This document shows positions 56,270 through 64,000 of a stretch of 64,000 nt of DNA, piece by piece (the first letter of the stretch is position 1; each line of letters starts with the position of its first letter). The notes below the pieces were generated by a model that did no database searches, was not told where the DNA came from, and saw only the letters and a program-made list of their open reading frames with translations. The stretch is from Hyaloraphidium curvatum SAG 235-1 (taxonomy: Eukaryota > Fungi > Monoblepharomycota), in the NCBI GenBank assembly GCA_025558095.1, contig JAIVFI010000026.1, positions 496,001-560,000 of the forward strand, read 5' to 3'. Position numbers and translations under genes: made by a program.

Positions 56270-59200
56270 TCACTGGATCCAGCGCCGGCCGACCCTTGGC
56301 CGCAGGCGTCGCTCCGCAGGCTCTTCTACCTCCGCCAGGCCCGAGTCCGATCCCGACGAAGCGTCCTCCCCGACGCCATCGTCGTCGCCCTTATTCCCGC
56401 CCGAGGTTGCGTCCAATGCTCCGTCCGCCGTCTTCTCATCAGCACTCCCGGCCCCAGCCTTCTCGTCCGCAGGCCCGTCCGCGGTCTTCTCGACCTGGCC
56501 CCCGGTCTCGGCCGCGAGCTCGGAAGCCGATGTTCCGCCGGCATTCTTCCCGTCCGTTTCCGCGTCGTCATCTGCATCCATTCCTGCGTCCTCATCATCG
56601 GCATCGGCAGCTTTGCCGCTGTCTTCCTTCACCTGCCCCTGCGTCTCGGCGGCAAACCCGGAATCCCCGGCCGTCCCCACCCCAGAAGGATCCGCATCAT
56701 CCGCATCCGCAGCAGGAGTCTCTGATGGGCTTGAATCCGTAACGGCGGGCGGTCCGGCATCGTTCTCGTTGTCCTCCTCGTCGTCATCCGCATCCTTCCC
56801 TGCGTCCTCCTTCACCTGCCCCTGCGTCTCGGCGGCGAAAGCGGGATCCACGGTCCCCTCGGCCTCGTTGTCCCCGGAAGCTCCTGCATCGACCGCCTCC
56901 GCGGCGGGGGTCACCGCCAGGCCGGATTCGGAGGCGGTAGGCGAGTCCACGTCCTCCTTGGGACGCACCCGGGAACTGGCGTCCGCCTCGTCCTCGTCGT
57001 CATCGTCCTCATCTTCGGGCGACATTGCCGACCCGTCCTCGTCCGGCGAATCCCCAGAACCCGCGCTCGCGTCTCCAGGCTCGCCGCCGCCTTCGGTCCC
57101 GGCGCCGCCCGTGGAGCCCAGGGCATCCTTGGCACCGTCGTCCGCGTGTCCTTCGTCCTCAGAGGCCGGTTGCTCGGAGGCGGGAGTCTCGGCGGTGCTG
57201 GTATCTGAGGCGGCGGGTTCCTCGGTGGGGCTCGGAATGGCGGGCTCCGTCGCGCCGTCGCCATCCTCCTCGTGCTCCTCGTCCTCCTCGTCCTCGCCAT
57301 CCTCCCCATCGTCGTCCTCCTCGGCATCATCCCCTTCTTCCCCGTCATCATCTCCCGACTCGGTCGCCTCCTTGAGCGCCTCCTGCAGGTCCTCCATGTC
57401 CACGGGCTCCCCGCTTCCCCCCCCCGTGCCCACGATGATCTTGCTCCACCACCTGCACGTCCCCTTGCACAGCGACTGGATCTGCATCATCGCGTCGCTG
57501 CCCAGGTACGAGGCGTCCCCGCTCGCGCGGTTGGCGATGGACTTGTCGACCAGCGCGGCGGCGCGGCGGAGGCGGTCCAGCAGGCGGCGGAGGGACCGGA
57601 TGGTGGCGATCACGTTCTTGTGGAGCTCGACCAGGCGGGCGTCGGGGGTGGTGGTGGTGGTGCGGAAGGGGGTGGTGGTGTAGACGGTCCTCGTGGTGGT
57701 GAGCGGCGTTGTGGTGGTCGGCTCAGCGGTGGTGGTCGGCTCAACGGTGGTCGGCTCGGGGGTCGGCTCGGAGGTCGGCTCGGAGGCCGGCTCGGTGGTC
57801 GCCGCGAGAGCCGTGGTCGTCTCCGCGTCCTCATCGTCGTCATCCTCCTCCTCGTCGTCATCCTCCACGTCCTTCGACGGCTCCGCGCCATCCTCGGCAC
57901 CCTCCTTGTCCTCCGCAGCCGCCGTCTTGGGCGGCGCCGCCGCGATCCGGACCGCCGCGAACGCATTGGTCGGCTGCGCCGCCGCCGTGGTGCCACTCGC
58001 TGCCTCCTTGACCTGGCCCGCAGTTTCGGCGGCAAATTCATCGTCATCCTCCTTGGAGGACGAGGTGCCGGCGGCGGATGCATCCTCGTCCCCAGCCTTG
58101 CCGCTGGCGGGCGCATCGTCGTCCTCAGCCTTGCTGCCAGCCGATGCATCGTCGTCCCCGCCCTTGCCGGCAGCGGACGCATCATCGTCCCCGGCATTGG
58201 CCGCGCCGACACCATCATCGTCATCCCCGTCGCCGTCGTCCCCGTCCGAGCCCGCCTTTCCCTTGGCCCCGCCCGCGGACGACTCTGCGGCGTCGTCGTC
58301 CGAATCCGCGTCCCCGTCCGATCCCGAGCCGGTGTCCGATCCCTCGCCAGCGCCCGAGCCGGAATCCGAGCCGGCATCCGATCCCGAGCCAACGTCCGAT
58401 CCCGAGCCAACGTCCGATCCCGAGCCAACGTCCGATCCCGAGCCAGTGTCCGAGCCCGAGCCAGCGTCCGATCCCGAGCCCGAGCCCGAATCCGTTCCCG
58501 ATCCCGCGTCCGACCCTTCGCCGGAGCCCGATCCCGAACCCGCATTGTCGTCGGCATCCACGCGGCCGGCGGTCTCGGCCCCGAATCCGTCGGCATCCTC
58601 GGATCCATCGCCGCCCACATCGCCGCCCGTCTTGGCGCCCTCGGAATCGTCGTCGGCCTCCTTTTCGTCCGGAGACTCGCCGGATGCATCTGCAGAAGAC
58701 GAGGTCAGCTCCCGCGCACCTTCCCGCCCGGAAGGGAAACGTACCGTCATCATCATCGTCCTCATCGTCCTGCCGCCGCACGAGCCTGGCCTCCTTCTCG
58801 CCGGAACCGTCGTCGTCGTCCCCGGCCGACCCAGTGGACTTGGCGCCCGCCGCGTCCCCGTCCTCCTGATCGTCGTCCTCCGCAGATGCATCCATCGAAC
58901 CGAGCTCCCCGTCCGCATCCTTCGACCCCTCTTCCCCATCCGCATTCTCCGACACCGCGTCCCCGTCCGCATCCGGTCCGGGCGTCGGCTCCACCGCCTC
59001 CGTCGCCGACGCCTCGTCCCCTCCGGAAGCACCGCCGACCCCGCCCTCCGACGACGCATCCGGCGTGGTCGCCGGCTCCGAGGCCTCGGTGGCGGACGGC
59101 GGCTCGTCGCCCGCGGCACCGCCCTCGGGAGCGGGAGAGTCTTCGGATGAAGAGTCCGCGTCGGCCGCCGGGGTCGGCTCCGCGGCCTCCGTCGTCGAAC

Positions 59201-61256
59201 CCTCCTCCGCGCCGACATCATCGTCGTCGTCCCCGGCTGCAGTTTTCGAGGATCCGCCGCCGTCGGCGTCAGCTGCGGGCGTCGGCTCTGCGGCCTCCGT
59301 CTTCAAAGCCTCCGCCGCATCCCCGCCATCGTCGTCATCGTCCTCCCCGGCTTCGGTCTTCGAGGATCCCTCCCCGTCGGCATCAGACGCGGGCGTCGGT
59401 TCCGCGGTCTCGGTGGTCGAAGCCCCGGCATCACCGTCCGACCCGTCCACGGATGCCTTTTCCCCGGAGCCGGCGTCCAGCTCGGGCTTTGGCTCCGCGG
59501 CCTCCTCGGCCTCCCCATCCTCATCGTCGTCGTCATCCCCGGATGCCTTCGACAACACGTCGCCGTCCGCGTCCGGCGCCGGAGTCGGCCCCGCAGCCCC
59601 GGTCTCCGACGCATCCGCATCATCGTCGTCGTCGTCCTCCCCGGATGCAGCCTTCGACGATCCCTCCTCTCCAGCATCTGGCACGGGCGTCGGCTCCGCA
59701 GCCCCGGCGGACGACGCCCCCTCCTCGTCGTCGTCCGCGGAACCGCCCGCGGGCGCACCATCGTCCGAGGACGCGGGGGTGGGGGTCGGCTCCGCCGCCG
59801 CGCTCGCCGACGCCTCCTCGCCGTCCCCATCTCCGGCGCCCTTCCCCTCCCCCTCCTCCTCGCCGTCCCCATTCTTCCCCTCTTCCGGCGGCGGCGGCAC
59901 CCCCGTCTCCTCCGCCGCCCTCCCCTCCTCCCACCACATCTCCTTGGCCTGCCTCCTCATCTCGTCCCAATCCACGCTCGTGGTCGTCGGCGTCCCCGTC
60001 CACGTCGTCGTCCGCGTCGTCGTCCTCGTCGTGCTGCTCCGCTCCGTCTCCAACCCGAGCAACACCGCGGCCTCGTGCCGTTCGCCGACGAGCTTGTCGA
60101 GGATCGCCTCCAGGCGGGAGATCTGGGCGCGGAAGCTGGCGGAGAGGGCGAGCAGGCGGTCCGGCGGGGGGGTGGGGGTCGGGGTCGGTTCGGGTTCGGT
60201 CGTAGGGGCGGTCGGATCCGCGGCGGCGTCCCCGGACTCCTTTTCTCCGTCCTCCTCCGTGCCCTCCTTCTCCTCATCGTCGTCGTCGTCCTCTGATGCG
60301 CCGCCCGACGAGGAGGGGGGGGAGGTCTCCTCGGGCGCGGCGGCCGGGTCGGTCGGGGGCGCGGCCTCGGTGGTCGCCTCCGCCGAGGGTTCAGACGCGT
60401 CTCCGTCCTCTTCATCATCCTCCTTCTTGCCCACACCGTCGTCGTCGTCGTCGTCGTCGGATGCGTCGCCCGACGTGGAAGGTGGGGAGGTTTCCTCGGG
60501 AGGGGGCGCAGAGTCCGTGCCGCGGTCGGCCGGGGCGGTTGCTTCTTCGGCGGAGGTTTCCGAGGCCGCTTCCTCCGCATCCCCCCCCTTTTCGGTCTTC
60601 ACGTCGCCACCCGCCGCATCCGCGCCGTCGTCGTCGTCGTCCTCGTCGGCGGAGGTGCTCTTGTCGGTCGGTGTCGGGGCCGGCGTCTCCTCCGCACCGG
60701 AAGTGCTCTCCGCTGCCTCCAGCCCCTCCGTCTCGCCCTTCCCCGCCGCATCCTCCTTCCCCTCCGCGTCGTCATCGTCCGCGCCTTTGCCCGATGCGCT
60801 GCCGGAATCCTCGGATGCCTCGTCCGCGGGGGGCAGCCCGCCGTCGCCCGGCTCGGGTGTCGGCTCCACGGTCGCGTCCGCCGCGGCCTCGGTGCCCGTC
60901 GGCGCGTCCCCGGCGGCGCCCCCGCCGCCGGCCTCATCGTCCGCATCGTCGTCGTCCGGATCGGCATCGGCACCGTCGTCGTCGGCGTCTTCTGCCCGCG
61001 AACCGGTGCCCTCTCCCGCGCCCCCCGCAACGCCGCCGCCCGCGTCCGCCCCGCTTCCCCCCACCTCGGCAATCTCCGCTTCACTCTCCGATATGGCATC
61101 GCGCCGCCACAGCCCGCGCCACGCGCCGCCCCGCGGGATCGCCGCCGCGACGACCACGCCGTCCGCGCCCGCCGCGCCGAGCACCGCGCAGCACACCGCG
61201 AGGAGCAGCAGCGCGAGCAGCGGGGGCGCAGGTCGCCGGCGTTTGCGGCGGGGCAT
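56270..61256 (-). CDS. ~1640-aa secreted, highly acidic repetitive protein
   Basis: Signal peptide, dibasic sites (WRRD, VRRQ), D/E/A/S/G/T/P repeats and two helical modules; intron 58690-58744 joins the two long ORFs in frame. Confidence 0.8.
58300..58540 (-). repeat. Coding tandem repeat, 18-bp unit (GSGSDx)
   Basis: Repeated (tccgatcccgagccaacg)-like units. Confidence 0.85.
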
Positions 61257-61628
61257 CGCGGCACGGGGTGCCGCACTCGAGGTTGCAGGGGCAGAGGGGT
61301 GGGGTGGTGGACGGGCGGCGGACGCATTCCGGGTCCAGGACCAGCCCGCGTTGGTGGCACCCGCGTTCGCCGCCCTCCGATGGGCCGGATGGCTTGGAGA
61401 GAGCCAGGCCGGGGGAAGCAGAGAAGAGAGAATGGAGAGTCGGGGGGCATGTTGATGCCGGGCGAGCAAGGGAGGGGTTGGGGATGAAGTCTGGCAGGGC
61501 GGCGACCAACGCTCCTGGTAGTGGATGGCCTTGTTTCGGAGCAACTTGACATCAGAATTGCCTCCTGAAAAATGAAACAAGCAAGGACCATCCGACAACC
61601 GCGGACTTTGCGCTCCCTTCGCTGCCAA

Positions 61629-62312
61629 TTACACCTCCGCGGGCTCAATCGTCTGAAAGTAGTACACCACACCCCCGTACTCCTCCGGCGCCGTGTACTT
61701 CTCCTTCTTGCCCCTCCTCCACTCGACCGGCCTCGCAAATGCCGGCCCGTCGTAGACGAACGTGTGGAACTCCCCGTTCTCCCCCGCCGGATCCACGCCA
61801 TGCGGCAGGCTATCCACGAACTCGGCGTCGAACTCCCTCCCCACGAATTCCTCCGTCAGGTACCTCCCATCGACGACCACCACCACCGCGCGGTACCCCG
61901 CCCCCAAAAACTCGCGCACGAGCGCGCGCCTGTCGCCGCCCCAGAGCGGCAGCACCGCCTGCAGCCCCGCCGCCCCGCACACGCGCTCTTCCCACGCGCG
62001 GTGCTCGGGGATGTCGATGTCCCCGAACACGGCATGGGTGACGCCCTCCGCCTTCGCCTCCCTGAGCATCTCGACGAACAGCTCCTCGTACGTCGTCCAC
62101 GACGCGGAATAGAACCGCACCGGGACCCCCAGCGCCTCCGCCTGCGCTTCGTGCAATTCGGGGGGCACGCCGTGCGACCGCGAGCGCACGCCGGATTCGT
62201 CCAGGGCGGTGACCAGCAGCGCGGGTTGCAGGCCCGAGAGGCGGGCGCGGTGCAGCGCGAGGCACGAGTCCTTGCCGCCGGACCAGGAGACGAGGGCGCG
62301 GGGCGCGTCCAT
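61629..62312 (-). CDS. Prokaryotic-type Dph6-related PP-loop ATP pyrophosphatase (diphthine-ammonia ligase family/DUF71)
   Basis: Motifs SWSGGKDS, SRSHG, QAEALG, VFGDI....HR.W.ERVC, LPLW and GVDPAGENGEFHTFVYDGP.F; 227 aa, intronless. Confidence 0.9.
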   Translation of the reverse strand: MDAPRALVSWSGGKDSCLALHRARLSGLQPALLVTALDESGVRSRSHGVPPELHEAQAEALGVPVRFYSASWTTYEELFVEMLREAKAEGVTHAVFGDIDIPEHRAWEERVCGAAGLQAVLPLWGGDRRALVREFLGAGYRAVVVVVDGRYLTEEFVGREFDAEFVDSLPHGVDPAGENGEFHTFVYDGPAFARPVEWRRGKKEKYTAPEEYGGVVYYFQTIEPAEV

Positions 62313-62437
62313 CGCGGGAAAGGGAGCGCAAATGGGGAGATCTAGGAGCTGTGGACGGGGTGGAAGCAGGGCGAGCACGTTGCAAGGGCTTGGCGACGCG
62401 GCACGGGTAAACATCGGCCATCTCCATCTCCCTCGAG

Positions 62438-63538
62438 ATGACCTCCGAGACCGCATCGCAGCCCGCGACTGACGAGGCACCTGCTGTGCTTCCGCAGGCG
62501 GCCCCCGCGTGGCCCCCGCACCCCCTCGGCGGGTCCGGCCACCTGTTCGACCGCGCCTTCGTCATCCGCCCCGTGTCCCCGGGCCTCTACCGCGCCCGCA
62601 TCTCCACCGGCTTCTCCGGCGTGCCCAACAGGCCCATCGGCAGCTACGTGCTCGCCTTTGCGCTGCGGTGCATGCTGCACCACGCCGGCGCGGACTACCC
62701 CGACGCCGTGTCGATCCACGCGCACTTCTACAGCTCGCCGCCGCTCGGGAGCGAGGTCGAGATCGCGCTCAGGGAGCGGAGGAGGGGCCGGGCGCTGCTC
62801 TTTCTCGACGCGGAGATCACGCTGCCGCGGCAGGGCAAGGAACCCGAGCCCGTGATTTCGGCGCAGGGCATCCTGGGGCACCTACCCGCCGCCGACCTGC
62901 AGCTCCGCACCGCGCGGTTCACAGCCCCCGCGATGCCGCCTCCCCCCGATGACTGCAGGGACCTGTACGCCGCGCTGTTCGCGGACCCCACGCGTCCCCC
63001 GAAAGACCCGCAGGACGTCGACAGGGCGGAATCCGTGTCGGTCCTGGCCGACCCGTCGCGGCTCTCCTCCGCCTTGGCGCTGATCACCGCGCCGGATGCC
63101 ACGCCGCTGGACCTCGCCCGCGCGTCGCTCGGCCCCGTCTGGATGCTCCATCCCGACGGACGGCCACTGGACCAATCCTCGCTGTGCTTCTTCGCGGACC
63201 AGCCGCCCCCCGCCAACGCCGTGCTCACCATGCGGCGCCGCGCCCTCGACGGGCAAAAGGTGCTCATGCCGTCGACGGTCACCCTCTCGGTGCACTTCCA
63301 CTGCCGCCCCGCGCGCGACGCGCTGCGGTGCGTCAACGTCTCGGGGTGCGGGCTGATCGCGGCGGGGGAAACGGAGGGGAAGAACGACAACGAGATACTG
63401 CTGTTCGACGAGGGGGGGCATCTGCTGTGCAGTTCGAGGCAGGTGGTGCATACCGTCGCGATGGGGGGGAAGGAAGGGGGCGAGGGGAGGGAGCAGTTGT
63501 TTGGGAAGGAGAAGGGGGACGGCAGGGCGAGGATGTGA
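62438..63538 (+). CDS. TesB-like double-hotdog thioesterase, probably peroxisomal
   Basis: FD.A, P.GSY..A, PD.VSIHAHF, RRGR, L.FFADQ.PP, STVTLSVHFH and LFDEGG.LL..SRQ; ends in the PTS1-like tripeptide ARM. Confidence 0.8.
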   Translation: MTSETASQPATDEAPAVLPQAAPAWPPHPLGGSGHLFDRAFVIRPVSPGLYRARISTGFSGVPNRPIGSYVLAFALRCMLHHAGADYPDAVSIHAHFYSSPPLGSEVEIALRERRRGRALLFLDAEITLPRQGKEPEPVISAQGILGHLPAADLQLRTARFTAPAMPPPPDDCRDLYAALFADPTRPPKDPQDVDRAESVSVLADPSRLSSALALITAPDATPLDLARASLGPVWMLHPDGRPLDQSSLCFFADQPPPANAVLTMRRRALDGQKVLMPSTVTLSVHFHCRPARDALRCVNVSGCGLIAAGETEGKNDNEILLFDEGGHLLCSSRQVVHTVAMGGKEGGEGREQLFGKEKGDGRARM

Positions 63539-64000
63539 GGCCGCATCCGACGGCGGCGGGCGGGATGCGGTCTTGCGGCGCGATGGCAGGACGACGTCTG
63601 CCGGACCGGGGCGGGGAACGTCAGGGGCGTTGCCGTGGACGAGGAGCTGGATTCGGCAGTGGATGCGGCGGGGAGGTGGCCCGCCGTCGGATGAGGATGA
63701 ATAGGCAGCAATTCCAGTGTTGCCTGGAGTGCGAAGGGGAGTGCGAAGGGGAATTCTCGTCGGATGCGAGCGTTTCGGGTTTGACGGCATACCATGGAGG
63801 CTTTCCCGGTCCATGACGCGAACCGGGTCCCCACCTCCCGAAGTCCGACGCACATCACACGCGCTTCTGGCCATCCAGAAACATGACTCTAATCCGTGCT
63901 CGTGGTTGACGTCGTTGCGGTTCTTGTGAATGAAGGTGTGCGGGTCACTGAGGCGTCGTTGCGCAGCCGCTTTTCGACTCGTTTCTCCAGGAGCGTGTTT

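Noticed and set aside
57272-61455. Very long plus-strand ORFs (977, 796 and 485 aa)
   Set aside because: Antisense shadows of the repetitive acidic gene. The minus strand has the signal peptide and an in-frame intron.
61629-62312. Calling this gene DPH6
   Set aside because: It lacks eukaryotic Dph6 signature motifs, so orthology is unproven.

Overview
Very GC-rich, gene-dense eukaryotic DNA with short (about 50-110 nt) GT-AG introns and CTGAC-type branch points. Zn2Cys6 transcription factors, a Bli-3 homologue and a WH-type MAP kinase phosphatase indicate a fungus, probably early-diverging (chytrid/monoblepharid-like; inference). About 30 protein genes can be supported. Housekeeping and enzyme genes: IPMK, PP2C, dienelactone hydrolase, aldo-keto reductase, Bax inhibitor-1, HEM2, nitrilase, dual-specificity phosphatase, SDR and MDR, CHY zinc finger, ZIP transporter, PARG, Dph6-like ATPase and thioesterase. 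There are also four Zn-cluster regulators, several secreted proteins, and degenerate Ty3/Gypsy and MULE remnants. The most striking item is a locally expanded family of ~470-520 aa seven-transmembrane proteins (3 intact genes, 1 pseudogene, 1 fragment). Their topology and C-terminal motif resemble insect odorant/gustatory receptor-like 7TM ion channels (7TMIC/GRL/DUF3537), with an added His/Cys loop motif and signs of gene conversion. Other highlights are an inverted pair of secreted proteins with a bacterial-like (choice-of-anchor R-like) domain, MIT-ABHD12 and Sel1-SH3-3x repeat-RING fusions, a linked 15-PGDH-like/PTGR3-like pair, and a ~1640-aa acidic secreted polyprotein. Exon boundaries were read by eye and are approximate. 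All family assignments come from motif recognition, not database searches.
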